Source: Octopus sinensis (taxonomy: Eukaryota). Taken from it: a stretch of 64,000 bases of DNA. A program made the translations under genes and the position numbers. Where the stretch lies: contig NC_043019.1 in NCBI RefSeq assembly GCF_006345805.1, positions 23,497,360-23,561,359 on the forward strand, written 5' to 3'. This document shows positions 12,091 to 55,517 of this stretch, piece after piece; within the stretch, counting starts at the first letter, position 1, and each line of letters starts with the position of its first letter. The notes beneath the pieces are model-generated. The model was not told where the DNA came from. It worked only from the letters and a program-made list of their open reading frames with translations, and made no database searches.

Positions 12091-12790
12091 CACAAAAAAA
12101 AAACAAACAGACAGACAGACAAATGAGGGAATAACAAACAAGGTGTATTAGTTTGACACTGGGAAAATGGTGACGGCTGAATCCAGAACCATGTGGCTGG
12201 GATGCAAGCTTCTTACCACACACACAGACATACATAGGTGTCTGTGTGGATGTGTGATAAACAAGTCCCTTTATCAAGTACATGGTTTTTCAGTCCAGTC
12301 ACACAGCATGGTGCTTTGGGAGGATTAGCTATGAAGTGTAATTTTGGTATCGTGGCTTATTTTATCTAGTAGCACACAAACACATGCATACACTGTTAAA
12401 CAACAGGGAAATATGATGTGCCTGGTTTTTTTGTGACATGTTTTTGTAACATGTTACACACGTGTTACAAGAAATCAACTTCTGATTTGGGTTTGTGCAT
12501 GTGTGTACTTTATGATTTTGAGCAGAGAATATAATTTTATTGAACGTCTTTAATGTTATGTTAGTAGCATGAAAAAGTGCCCAGTAAACTCTGTGAAGTG
12601 GTTGGTGAGAGGTAGGACATCCAGGTGTAAAAACCAAGCTGAATGAAGCATCCAAGCATCAGTCTACGGAAGCAGCAGCTTTTGGAAGATGAACTGTGAT
12701 GATCCATCCAATCTATACCAGCATGGCAAGTGGACGTAGGGACATTTGTGTATGTATGTGCAGTTGTATGTCAGTGTATAATCATATGAG

Positions 12791-12832
<42 letters not shown>

Positions 12833-14741
12833 AATAAAAACGGCGGTGCATCAGCATGGCCACAGCTCTGAGCTGAAACGCTGAAACTAGAGAAAAAAAA
12901 AATATGATGGTTGCAGACTCATGTTTGAGTATTGCCATCACCTGATCGAAAGTCCCACACATGCGAAGGCTATGACCAGACATTTTTGTGATAGGTCTTA
13001 CTTTTTTTCGAATGACGATGATTTTTTTATAGTGGGGAAAGGGTTTGTACAAAGCCAATCCCACTCTCTGAACATGTATAACAAAGAAAAACCAGTCTAC
13101 ATCATCAAATATTGTCAGTGTTGCAGGTTTTCTCTCAGAGTTTCCCTCTCCTAGAGAGATGTTGTGACAACAACTGAGGGGCTTCCCACTCCCAGTGGGC
13201 CAACCTCATACATGGGCACCAACACAGGTATTCCCACATCTCCACACATACATACATATGTACACATATTGCTGGATGGCCATTGGCTGCTCATGAGCTC
13301 TTTCATCTTTTGACAGGTCTTATTTTTCATCCTGCAGGATGTCTAACAATCACCCTCCTCACCAAGCAAGCTTGATGGGATTGTCAGTTTAGTTGCTGAC
13401 GACCTGGCCATGCAACAGGTTGTACTGGGCTACATGTTACCAGTAGTAACCAAGAATGACACACACACACACACAGATATATATATATATCATCATCATC
13501 ATTTAACGTCCATTGTCCATGCTGGCATGGATTAGACCGTTTGACTGGGGACTGGCAAGCCAGGAGGCTGCACCAGGCTCCAATTCTGATCTGGCAAGGT
13601 TTCTACAGCTTGATGCCCTTCCTAATGTCAACCACTCCAAGAGTGTGTAGTGGGTGCTTTTTACGTAGCACTGGCATCGGCCATGATCGGATGGTGCTTT
13701 TTACATGCTACCGGCACAGGAGCCAGTTGGTGGGGGTGGGTGGCATCAACCACGTTTGGATGGTGCTTTTTACATACCATTGGCACGGGAAGCCAGTCAG
13801 GCAGCACTGGCATCAACCCATGCATGAATGATGCTTATTGCATTCCACCAGCATGGGAGTCAGTCAGGTGGCACTGGGATTGGCCACAACTACAATTTCC
13901 ATTTTGATTTAATTGAGATTCTGATTTTGATTTCACTTGACTCCTCAAGCATGGCGTGTCACTTGATGATTCAAAGGTACTTTTTAAATGGGCTGGTTAT
14001 CCAACAAACTTTGGTGAACAAACCTTTTGGTATTTCACAGACAAGAAAGTAAATTTTGTATAATAATAATTCTAGAGGTGATGGTGAGCTGCTAGAATTG
14101 TTAGTATGCTAGACAAAATGGCTAGTGGTATTTTGTCCATCTTCTCTTTATCTGTTCATATTCTGCTACGGTTGACTTTGCCTTTCATCCTTTAAGGGTC
14201 AATAAAATAAGCACCATTTTAGCACAAGGGTTGATAAAATCAACTAGCCCCCTCCATCAAAATTTCAGTCCTTCTACTTATGTCAGAAAGGATTAATAAC
14301 TCTGGAGTTGGATTGACGGAATCAGTTTCTGATATCTCATGGTACTGTGGAACTTCAAATCCCGCTACAACCATCTTAGCTTTTCGTGTTTCTAAAGTGG
14401 ATAAAATAATGCAGCATGCAGCCCTGTAGCTCCAGGTCCAATCCTATTGCATCACATCTTGATCAAGTATCTTATACCATGGCCTCAAGTTTATTAATGA
14501 CTTAAAGTGCAACTATGTAGAAGGAGGCTGAGTAGAAGCATGTGTATTGTTTTGTAGATATGTATCCACAAAAGGTGTAAGCATCAACCAGAAAACAAAT
14601 AACCAGCACTTTGAAACAGAAACCCTACATGGTATCTCCCCACTTGAGTTGTACAAGTTCTTCCTTCTTCTCTCTTGCCTTTGCAAAATACATTGACTGA
14701 CCCATTGGAAACCTGCAGCCATCCACACACTCATTCATTAA

Positions 14742-15170
14742 CCCTTTAGTGTTCAGATTACTCTGTTAAATGTAATATTTTTTCACTCAAATTGTTTTGA
14801 ATTAATCATGCATTATCTCATAGCTTTGAGGTTTCAATGATGTGATTGTATATTTTTTGAATGTCAATGTAGGTTAGGTTTGAGTTGCTAGATATTCCCA
14901 GTTTGATTATAAAACATATAGAATATTTGGGCCAGATGTGGCCAGTTTAAACACTAAAGGGTTAAACCGGCCATATCCGACCAAAATATTCTACCTATTT
15001 TATGTTCAAACTAGTCAGATATAGTCATTCATAGCTACCTTATTGTGTCATTTTAAAAATAAACAATCACATCGTTGAAATCTCAAAGCCATGAAATGAT
15101 GCAAGATTAATTTTACATGGTGTGAATACATAAGCTTTACATTTGACAGAATAATCTGAATGCTAAAGGG
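14742..15170. mobile_element. Two head-to-head piggyBac-type MITEs (family F)
   Basis: TTAA|CCCTTTAG...CTAAAGGG|TTAA at 14742-14961, abutting an inverted copy ending at 15170. Confidence 0.85.
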
Positions 15171-15198
15171 TTAAACAGGACATAAAATTTATAAAGAA

Positions 15199-15540
15199 CT
15201 AGCAGAGGTACCTGGTAATACCCAGGAGCGGGGATATTCCCAGTACCCATTACAATGCCTAATTTCTCTCAGACAGAAAATGAAATCAAGACATAGGACA
15301 GATAGTAGAGGGTGTAAGCAATTTCATTTACGAAGCAATAATACAAATAAATATGCGTGGAATCGGAAAATGACAATCATTTGGTCAGATGAGTGGAAAG
15401 CTGCAAATATATATAATCAATGGGAACATAAGATTGAAATTGTAAAGGAGTGCTATGAAAAAAAAAAGCACATAAAAGTTTGAAAAGTAAACAAAAAATT
15501 ATTTAGAGAAAAGAGATTTTAGACTTAGAAAAATGGCTGG
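15199..15540 (-). mobile_element. Helitron 3' end (extent uncertain)
   Basis: ACTAGCAGAGGTACCTGGTAATACCCAGG: CTAG terminus with a subterminal hairpin. Confidence 0.45.
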
Positions 15541-15543
15541 AGT

Positions 15544-15935
15544 GGCGCAGGAGTGGCTGTGTAGTAAGTAGCTTGCTTACCAACCACATGGTTCCGGGTT
15601 CAGTCCCACTGCGTGGCACGTTGGGCAAGTGTCTTCTACTGTAGCCTCGGGCCGACCAAAGCCTTGTGAGTGGATTTGGTAGACGGAAACTGAAAAGAAG
15701 CCTGTCGTATATGTGTATATATATATATGTATGTTTGTGTGTCTGTGTTTGTCCACCTAGCATTGCTTGACAACCGGTGCTGGTGTGTTTACGTCCCCGT
15801 CACTTAGCGGTTTGGCAAAACAGACCGATGGAATAAGTACTGGGCTTACAAAGAATAAGTCCCAGGATCGATTTGCTCGACTAAAGGCGGTGCTCCAGCA
15901 TGGCCGCAGTCAAATGACTGAAACAAGTAAAAGAG
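15544..15935 (+). mobile_element. SINE family A, full length
   Basis: GGCGCAGGAGTGGCTGTGT head with A/B boxes; intact tail. Confidence 0.9.
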
Positions 15936-16388
15936 GAGTGCAGAGGCAACAATGTGGCAGTCATAAGATGCTATGAGGAGGGAAAAGGAGCATACAAAAA
16001 GGATGATTTTCGTCATTTTTGGGCAAATTCTCTTGCAACCTGAGAGAAAGTTTTAAGTGCACATGCACTTAATTTGATGACTGTTTCATGGGTTATAATT
16101 CCACTGATCATGAGAATCAAATATCAATTGCAACAGAACTGACAATTTTAAGTGCAGGTTTTCATAAAAGTACGTTACATGTTTTAGCACACAATGCTGC
16201 AATGTTTAGAATTGTTAATTTTAAGTGCAGGTGCTAAGAAAATACATGTTACAGCAACCTAAGGATGCTGAAATAATTGATGAACATTTTAACCCAACAA
16301 CAATTTAGGCCAAATTTCATTAATAAGTTAATCAAAAATCATCTTACACTTTGCTCAAGTGGCCTAGGTAAAAATTTATTTGTCTTAA

Positions 16389-16609
16389 CCCTATAGCATT
16401 TAAACCAGCCATATCCGGCCAAAAGTATTCTGCCTGTTTTATGTTCAAACTGACCAGATCTGGTCTCTCACATCAACCCTACAACATCGTTTTAAAAATT
16501 AACAGCCACCTCATCAAAATTTCATAAATACAAGATAATGCATGATTAGTTCAAAACAATATGGATAAAAAAGGATTAGTTTTGGCAGAATAATGCAAAC
16601 ACTAAAGGG
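16389..16609. mobile_element. piggyBac-type MITE family F
   Basis: TTAA TSD, CCCT...AGGG ends. Confidence 0.85.
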
Positions 16610-17173
16610 TTAAGCCATCCTTTTCGCATATTCCATGTGTATAAAATTTGAAGAAAATCTGTTGAAAATTTCAAAAATAACATTCATATGAGAATTTGCA
16701 TTGAAATGTCCTATTGATTTTTGGAAATTTGAAGCTGCTTAAAAAGTATTTATTTTTTGTTTAATGCCTACCTTCCATGCTAGCATGGGTGGGACACACA
16801 CACATTATATATATACATATCTGTGTGTGTTTGTCTTCTGCCATTTCTTGACAATCAGTGTTGATGTGTCGATTTATTTGGCTAAAAATTCATCAAGGTG
16901 GTGCTCCAGCAAGGCCACAGTCTGATGACTGAAACAAGTAAAATGTAAAAGATATGGATGGGTAGACAGAGAGTGATTGATTTATTGATTGGTCCCCTTA
17001 GGTTTTGATTCCTTGTTTGATGCTTTTATTCTAGTGTTTTTATTACATTTTGTTCTATTTGTTTTACTAAAATTTTCAGCTTGTTTTGGAAAAATCTCTT
17101 CTCACTCGAAGAAAATCATTTTCACAACCTCTTCAAAAATATCTGTAATTATTGTAGAAAAGTTGAAGTTTAA

Positions 17174-17394
17174 CCCTTTAGTGTTTAAACTGGCCAAATC
17201 CGGCCCAATATATTCTACATATTTTATATTCAAACTGGCCATATCCAGCCTCTCACACCTAACCTACATTGACAGTCTAAAAATAAACAATCACGTCATT
17301 GAAACCTCAAAGCTATAAGATATTGCATGATTAATTAAAAACAATTTAAATAAAAAAGCATTACATTTAACAGAGTAATCTGAACACTAAAGGG
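17174..17394. mobile_element. piggyBac-type MITE family F
   Basis: TTAA TSD, CCCTTTAGTGTT TIR. Partial copies at ~17850 and 29476. Confidence 0.85.
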
Positions 17395-18077
17395 TTAAGC
17401 CATAGGAAGTATGTTCATCCACAAGGGTTATTTGCAAATGTATTGAAAATATGCTTCAGGCACTAGGTGTTTAATAAATTGTTGTTATTTAGCGTATAGG
17501 GTTACAATAGAGATTAAGGAGTTGAACAAATCCTCACTAGGTGTGTTTGATAATCTCCTCTATCAACTGGATGAAATACACTGTTTACATCAGATAATCT
17601 GAATGTTTAGCAATGCAGAATTTAAGGTGGTTGGTAGTGGCTGTGTTGTTTAACCCTAGGTCAGTACTGATTCAGCAGACCTATGATCAGTCTCATTCTA
17701 TTTGTGATTGTCTTCAGTTTTTTTAAGAAGGTAGTGTATTGTTAAAGAGATTTGGTTGCTTTTTCTAGCAAGTGATGCAATTACATAGTGGCTCATGATG
17801 GTGATGTTTATTTAGCTCCCATGTTACCTCTGTTTTAACTTGTTCACATTTAACCTGGCCATATCAAACACAAATATCCTTCCTGTTTTATGTTCAAACC
17901 AGCTAGATCTGGCCTCTCACACCCACCCTGCAATGTCATTATAAAAAAGTAAGACATGTTAAGTTGGCCTTCAAGCCCTCATTATCTCTTAGCATTGTTG
18001 AAATGAGGATGCAGACCTGACTAAATGGTTTAATCCCTTTGTTATGATCTTTGTGTTATCATCATTATTTAAACATC

Positions 18078-18251
18078 ATCATTATGGAGTGGCTGTGTGG
18101 TAAGTAGCTTGTTTACCAACCACATGGTTCCGTGTTCAGTCCCACTGCGTGGTACCTTGGGCAGGTGTCTTCTACTATAGCCTCGAGCCGACCAAAGCCT
18201 TGTGAGTGGATTTGGTAGACGGAAACTGAAAAGAAGCCCGTCGTATATATG

Positions 18252-18282
<31 letters not shown>

Positions 18283-18484
18283 CTGTTTGTCCCCCTAGCA
18301 TTGCTTGACAACCGATGCTGGTGTGTTTATGTCCCCGTTACTTAGCGGTTCGGCAAAAAGAGACCGATATAATAAGTACTGGGCTTACAAAAGAATAAGT
18401 CCCGGAGTCGAGTTGCTCGATTAAAGGCCGTGCTCCAGCATGGCCGCAGTCAAATGACTGAAACAAGTAAGAGAGTAAAGAGTA
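18078..18484 (+). mobile_element. SINE family A, young copy with 22-bp TSD
   Basis: TTATCATCATTATTTAAACATC at 18056-18077 and 18485-18506. Confidence 0.9.
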
Positions 18485-19560
18485 TTATCATCATTATTTA
18501 AACATCTATTTTCCATACTGACAATAGTTGAACAGTTTAACTGGCACTGGCCAGTCGGAGAGCTGTCCAGGTTCCAAGTGTCTGTTTTGGCATGGTTTCT
18601 ATAGCTGGATGCCCTTCATAATGCCAACCAATTTAGAGTGCAGTAGGTACTTTCTACAAGTACTGGCATTGGTGGTTTTTATGTGGCACTGGCACAAGTA
18701 CATTTTATGTGACACCAGCACAAGTGCATTTTAAGTGGCACTGGCACCTACAGCTGAGAGAGGGAGTGGGGCATGTTCATAAAGGACATGCCTATATGTA
18801 TGGACGGCTGCGATTTTTCTTAGCCTGGCATATTCATTATTTCAGTCAGTTTTGTCATTTATTATTAAGCTGGCGTTTGAAACAAGTCAACATGAAATTT
18901 TAATGACAGATTTTGATTTAAATCATCTTAAAATAGCATGTTTGTGTTACAGAACCAAGGGTTGGCACCAAAAGGGTTAAGAGGGTTGGGAAGAAGAAGG
19001 GCAACTGGCCATAGAAAATACTCATTGTATTTTGTCTGAGTCATGCAAGCATAGAAATGTGGACATGAGAACAATGATGTATTTATATTTAATATATTAT
19101 ACAAGCATGGAACACTTACATCTGGTACACGCAGTTTCCTGGCAGCATCAGATATAATTTTATCCAATCTACTGCTGTCATACATGTTCATTACAGGAAA
19201 AACAGTTTGACTAAACCTTTCAAGGCATTGCCCCAATCCAATAACTGAGATAGATATACCAGTGTGTGTGTGTATGTATTGTTGCTGTGGTTGTGTATTT
19301 AATTATGTTATGTTTTGGTCATTATGTTAATGACTAAAACAAGTAAAACAATGAAAGACTATCAATATGATTGTTTCTAAACAAATTGCATTCTTTGTAA
19401 GGAACTAAATTCTCCCATTTTTAATGCTAAACATTTTATGGTATACTTTTTTAAAATGTACCCAACATGCTGTTAATTCCATTTGAAAAATTGATCTAGG
19501 TTTGAATCTTTCAACTTCATTTTGTGTGGTATTTTGGCTGGAATGGATTTCGATGTATGG

Positions 19561-19815
19561 CTTCCGTGCAGGTGGCACGTAAAATGCACCAATCCGACCG
19601 TGGCCGATGCCAGCCTCGCCCGGCACCAGTGCAGGTGGCACGTAAAAAGCACCCACTACACTCTCGGAGTGGTTGGCGTTAGGAAGGGCATCCAGCTGTA
19701 GAAACTTTGCCAGATAAGACCGGAGCCTGGTGCAGCCTTCTGGCTTCCCAGATCCCCGGTCGAACCGTCCAACCCATGCTAGCATGGAGAACGGACGTTA
19801 AACGATGATGATGAT
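19561..19815 (+). mobile_element. Retroposon family B, young copy
   Basis: CpGs intact; nearly identical to the copy at 33934-34174. Confidence 0.85.
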
Positions 19816-20843
19816 CAGTGACTACAGATTAGAGTGGATTTAGATATCCAGTAGAGAACGTAAATTCTCATTTTGTCTTTCATTATATCTGAACACTTCA
19901 CTCTGATCTTGTTGTCAATCTAGATCAGTATGTTCCTCAACCAGTTTTTATCTCTGGATACCTTTGATTTCTATTTCACTTGGATGGACTTTCATAGACA
20001 TTTGATGTTTTAAAAAAAATCATATTCATCATCATCATGCTTTAATGTCCATTTTCCATGCTAGCATGGGTTGGCTGGTTTGACCACAGCTGGCCAACAG
20101 GACAGTTGCACCAGGTTCCAGTCTGATTTGGCTTGGTTTCAACAGCTGGGTACCCTTTGTATGTGGGACTGACACAGTTGTTTTTTACGTGACACTAGCA
20201 CAAGGCTCTTGCAGGCCAATCCTCTTCAGCAGGGGGAACAGCAAAAAATTATATAAAACAGATTGTTAAAGCATTTTGTGTATTGTGGAAGTAAGACCAA
20301 TATATTATACATAAATTTTAACAACAAAATCTTACTTGGACCCTGGTCGAGAACCACTAATCTAGATGGACATGTTCCAGATTTATTGTCTCCAGGGTTT
20401 GTTATTTACTTGCTTTGGTACCTGATTTTATCCTGTAGAGTTTTACACATGAAATCATCAGCATGATGCCTATCAGGCATAACTACCAACCCAGTCATGT
20501 TTTTTGTATTTACCAGGAACAGGCTGCCAGATTTGATGTGACTAGAAACTCTAGACTCGAAGCAGAAAGTCTAATTTTAGTTGTAATGCATCAATGCCTA
20601 GCCACTGCCTCATTCAACTTGTAGAGTTGTGTTTATTTACTTGACCTTGCAGGAGCAGGGGCTAACAGTTTCTTTGATAGAAATTGAGTGTAAAGGGAAG
20701 GGGGACATGACTAAGTACCACAAGGCATTTTATCTGTTGCTCTACTGATTCCATTATATATTATCCTGATGTGTGTGTGTGTGTTTGAATAATATATGTC
20801 TGTTGTTTTAATTGGTCTTCCTTTTTCTTTCCTCTCTTTCTAG

Positions 20844-50459
<29,616 letters not shown>

Positions 50460-50657
50460 AAAAGAAATGTTTTTGTGCCTGATATATATATTTTATTTTT
50501 AATTTCTTTTTTTAAAAAAAAAAAAGACTTTTTTTCCTATTTTTTGTTCACATTATTTTTCTTAAACCCTCTTTCCTCTTTCTGTCTGGAAACATGTTTT
50601 CGTTCTATTTTCTTCCTAATGAACTAGAAGCTGTTGTAATTAAATATGGCTAAGAAA

Positions 50658-50663
50658 AATAAA
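50658..50663 (+). terminator. Candidate CWC22 polyadenylation signal
   Basis: AATAAA ~200 nt after the stop; common by chance in AT-rich DNA. Confidence 0.3.
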
Positions 50664-51194
50664 ACAACAACATCAATTACATGTCAAAATATATTTTTGA
50701 AATGAATTTATTTCTGGCAAAGGTTTCAGAAAAGCTTGTATTGTCTACCTTATACAGCGTTTTCTATTTTCTATAATGTGTTCTAAGGTCCTTTTCTCCT
50801 TGCTGATTGTTGCACTTCTTTTGTTACATATAAGATTCTTTGTTTTTGACACAGGTTTTTAATGTAGTACTCATGCTGGGACTGCTACATATGCACAAGG
50901 CATAAAGGAATGGAGTATCAACCCCCCTTGATAAATGTTTGTGTGTGTGTGTGTGTGTGTTTAAAGTTGGTGACTCATTTTGTTGCTACTCTGAGTTCTT
51001 AATTTGTGTGTTTTCAGTAAACTGATGCCTCACCAAATACACATAAATAAGGAACGTATGACAACAGTAAATTGTCAGCTTCAACAGAATAAGCTAATTT
51101 GACTCCATGTATTGAGTACTTTTTCTCCCATTTGTATATCCAGATGAATATATATATATATTGTGTGTTGGTGTACACACAAACATATTTAGGT

Positions 51195-51565
51195 GCAGGC
51201 GTGGCTGTGTAGTAAGATGTGTGCCTCTCAACCATATGGTTTCCGGTTCAGTCTCACTTCATGTCACCTTGGGTAATTGTTTTCTACTGTGTCTTTGATC
51301 AGGCCGATCAAAGCCTTCTGAGTGGAATTAGTAGGTGGAAACTAAAAGAAACCCATCGTGTGTGTGTGTGTGTGTGTGTGTTTGTTCCCCACAATCACTT
51401 GTTGGTTTGTTTATATGCCCATAAATTAGGGGTTTGATAAAAAGAGACTGATAGAAATAAGTACTAGGTTAAAAAAAATAAAAATACTTGAGGCAATTGT
51501 TTGACTAAACCCTCGAAGGTGGTGCCCCAACATGACTGCAGTGTAATGACTGAAAGAAGTAAATA
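51195..51565 (+). mobile_element. SINE family A, decayed
   Basis: Head and tail recognisable. Confidence 0.75.
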
Positions 51566-51879
51566 TGCGTGTTTGTGTGTGTGTATATATATATATATAT
51601 ATCATCATCATCATCGTTTAACGTCCGTTTTCCATGCTAGCATGGGTTGGACGGTTCAACTGGGGTCTGGGAAGCCAGAAGGCTGCGCCAGGCCCAGTCT
51701 GATCTGATATATATATATATATACACACATACATATACATTAATACGAACATACTATCTTTAAGATAGCATGTTTTACATTGATATCATTTCATCATATA
51801 TTCCAATAGTGTATATGCATATCATGGCATACCCACACAAGTGTGTGTGTGTGTGTCCAACCTTGTTTCTCCATAGCTT

Positions 51880-52490
51880 CCAGAAAAATGCATACTTTTT
51901 TTTTTTAGGAAATTTTTGTACAAATACACTTCAGTTGGTCCAGATTCTGATTTCATCAGGATTTGTTGTGAAAACTTTTTTTCCAGCGTTAGGGAGATGA
52001 GTTTCAGAAAACTCACACATGTAGGATTTTTCTCCTCATAACCTTCAATAAAATGGGTATTTTTTAAATGAAATTTCCTACAAATGCGTATTACAGTATG
52101 TAGAATACAATTATATAGGACTTTAATATGAAAAAATTCTTGTTGGGTGTGTACACATACATGCTGATACAAGTCACATATATCTATAAAATGAAACTTG
52201 AAATTTCAAAAAACTGTGATGTGTGCAGGCCCACCATTTTTTATTGTATTTTTTATTTTGTTGTTGTTGCCTGATTAAATTCTGAAAGATATTTGTAGAA
52301 AATTTCATTAAAAAATACCCAATTTTCTGAATGCTATGTGAAAAGAAATTCATGAGAACTTTCCAAGATTCTTCTTCCCATCCCCAGAAAAAATTTTCAC
52401 ATCAAATTCTGATATAATCAGACTCTACATTTGAAGCATATCTGTAGAAAATTTCATTAAAAGATACTGATTTTTCTGGAAATTCTGAGG
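51880..52490. repeat. Old, diverged inverted repeat (foldback element)
   Basis: ~210-bp arms (51880-52090, 52280-52490) share GGGTATTTTTTAATGAAATTT.CTACAAAT; related sequence at ~61440. Confidence 0.55.
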
Positions 52491-53039
52491 AAACAAAGTC
52501 TGTGGGGGCACATTTGTGTATGTATGCCCATTGCTTTAAAATAAGTAATACCAAAATTACATTGCTATTATATATCTACATACAGATTTGCTTTGCTTCA
52601 CTTTCATTTTGTATGTAACAATATTTAATATTACTGCAGTTATATGTGAGCAAACAATACACTTTCTTTCGGTTTGCATTAAAAGGGTGATAATAATTTG
52701 AATGAAATGTGCTCAATTTTTCTCTACACCTTAACATCGGATAATGGTATTTACAATCATACTGTGTTTAGTAATGAATACTAACTGCATTAGAAATACA
52801 TTGAAGTGAGTGTGTGTACATATATCATCATCATCATCCTTTAACGTCCATTTTCCATTGGGCAGTTCGACCGGGGTTATTTCTACATTTCAATACATAA
52901 CAGAACAGACAGATACACAGAACAAGCACACACACAAACAAGAATAAGCGCGCATGCACAACCCTTTTCTCTTCGCAACTGACAGTTGACAAGACATGGT
53001 CACACAAACAACCGAATCATTGCTTGCATTTTTTCGAGT

Positions 53040-53290
53040 CGATGTTGCTACACATTGCTGGTCACAATGTGCTTTGCATTGTTTTAGCCTTCAATGACAC
53101 CACCCCGCTGGCTAAGCGAGCAGGCCAACAGAAGAAAGAGTGTAGCAGGGATCACCACCACCCCCTGCTGGAGCCTCGTTGAATTTTAGGTGTTTTCGCT
53201 CAATAAACAATCACAATACCCGGTCTGGGAATCAAAACTGATTCTACAACCACGAATCTGCTGTCCTAACCACTGGGCCATTGCGCCTCC
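53040..53290 (-). mobile_element. SINE family D, truncated
   Basis: Same head ending GCGCCTCC, followed by (CA)n/(TA)n. Confidence 0.8.
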
Positions 53291-55415
53291 ACACACACAC
53301 ACATATACATATATGATTACCTGCTTTCATTTTATATTCATGATGAAATGTGCATTGTACTTGAATTTTTAATTAATATTCTTACATTGAACACATTTCA
53401 CGTGATATAATTGCCCAATAAACTTCTTTAAAAACTTCCTTGTAGATAGACGTGGAGAACAAAAGTAAAACTTGTTTTGTATTGAATGCTTTGGTAGAGT
53501 AAAATAAGATCTTTCTTTATTCAACCAAGCAAGACTGACGACTTACCTAAAATAAGGTTTATGTCCTAAGGAAAAAACCCTTTGTTAAAAAGACTAATTA
53601 CTTCAAAAAATAAAACAAATTAGAGAAGTAAAAATGAAATGCAATACTAAATTCAATACCCAAAACTGGTTTGTTTGTATTTATAGATTGAGCTATGTGT
53701 GTTTAAGTATATACACAAGCTAATGATGGCCTAGCTAGCCAAAACTTCAAAGTCACTGTCAACAACATATTTATTTAAGAATGATAAATTTGCACTTTAC
53801 AAAAGTATAGAGTAACCCATCAGATTAATGCAAAACAGTTTTTTATTATAACTGAATACATAAACATTTATATGCATATATATATATATATAATATAAAA
53901 TAAATTTTGTGGATGTACAAGTCTCCACACTCTTTATTATTAATAATTATATATGTATATGTTATATATATTGGTGTTTTCTATTTCTCGCTTTATTTTT
54001 TGGTGAATTCAGTATTAATGCAGAATATTAATCAAAGTTTGCAAAAGACATAGCAACCTAAGGCTGGATACTCAGTGGTCATTCAACCTGCTAGAAATAA
54101 CTGCTGAATCTCATTGTCTTAAAGGTGATGGGGAGGCATATTGAATAATAATAATAATATGATTGTATGTTGGAAGAAAAGGACCTGGTTGTTATGCTTT
54201 AAGCATCTTTTTTGGTGACAAGGCTTCTTGATTTGGTAAGAAATGTTTTGTTTCAGTATGCTAAACTGCACTGTAGAGAATGTTGATACCTATTCAACCA
54301 AAACTATTCATAGACAATAACTTTATGGATAGAAAAACAAGTCCTGTTGATTTCTTGTATGTCTTTGAAAATATTGTATACACAGATAAGGTGTTTACAC
54401 AATGTTGGTTTAAAATCTATATTCTGTAGTATATCATCATTGTTTAATGTCCGTTTTCCATGCTGGCATGGGTTGGATGGTTCGACCAGGGTCTGGGAAG
54501 CCAGGAGGCTGCACCAGGCTCCAGTTTGATCCGGCAGTGTTTCTACAGCTGGATGCCCTTCCTTACACCAACCACTCCATGAGTGTAGTGGGTGCTTTTA
54601 CATGCCACTGGCACGGGGGCCAGAGGATATATTGAAAGAAAACATTAGTAATACAACAGTGATTTATTAATGAAACTAGCTGTCTAGAATGCATTCTATA
54701 CACAAATTGGGATCCATTTAATTTACTTAGGACCTTAACATTCAGTGATTTGTAAGAAGTGTCTCTGTGGATAAAGATGCTTGGATGTTGATAAAATCTC
54801 AACAAAGGAGTGAAACTAGTCTAAGGTAAATAATTATCATTTTAGCATCCACTTTTCTATGGCCAGATGCCCCTCCATTGCCAAACCTTACCTGTTACCA
54901 AGGAAATACTTCCTATGGCTGGCCATGTTTTCATGGAAGACTAGAAATAAGACACTGCTAGTATGATGGTGATGTTTATACAAGGAGACAAAACACTCAC
55001 ATAAATATATATTGATGATTACATGAATAGTGTATTGTAAAAGTTAAAAAAATATTGTCAAGAAAATAAAGTTTAAAAAAAGTAAACTTTAATGGCAAAT
55101 ATATTTGGTGATATTTACAAAGATTTGTATTATAAGAATTAAATATCCTATTGTTGGACACAAGGTAAATATTCCTTTGTTGTTGCAACAACCTCAGATT
55201 TATATTCCAGATAAAGGAAACTGGCTTAGGCAGACTGTGCACATTAGAAAATGCAGCACATCTGGAGTAAATTCTTATGTCAGTTTTGACCAGGAATGGT
55301 AGAATGTTGACCAAGTCCAGTGCAAAGTGAAGTTCAGCTGTCCAGTGTGGTACATATAACCTATCAGAGGACCAATGGAAGTTTTCTTCAGGATGATTCA
55401 TAGAAAATCAATCAA

Positions 55416-55517
55416 TCAGCCAGTTTTTCTCATAGTGATCATCGTATTGATCTCCCAAATTATTGTTCGGATGTGATCAATAACTTCCTTCAGTTGACGG
55501 CTTTTCAATTGTATTCG
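55416..55517 (-). CDS. MED30: MED30 last coding exon RIQLKSRQLKEVID...MRKTG*
   Basis: Poly-T + ccag acceptor; TGA at 55418-55416. Confidence 0.94.
   Translation of the reverse strand, partial: RIQLKSRQLKEVIDHIRTIIWEINTMITMRKTG

Noticed and set aside
14513-14734. Minus-strand segment open in several frames (e.g. FPMGQSMYFAKAREKKEELVQLKWGDTM*)
   Set aside because: No pyrimidine tract at the acceptor, no frame preference, no recognised homology.
15544-15620. tRNA gene-like sequences here and at other SINE heads
   Set aside because: A/B boxes run into SINE bodies; no complete cloverleaf.
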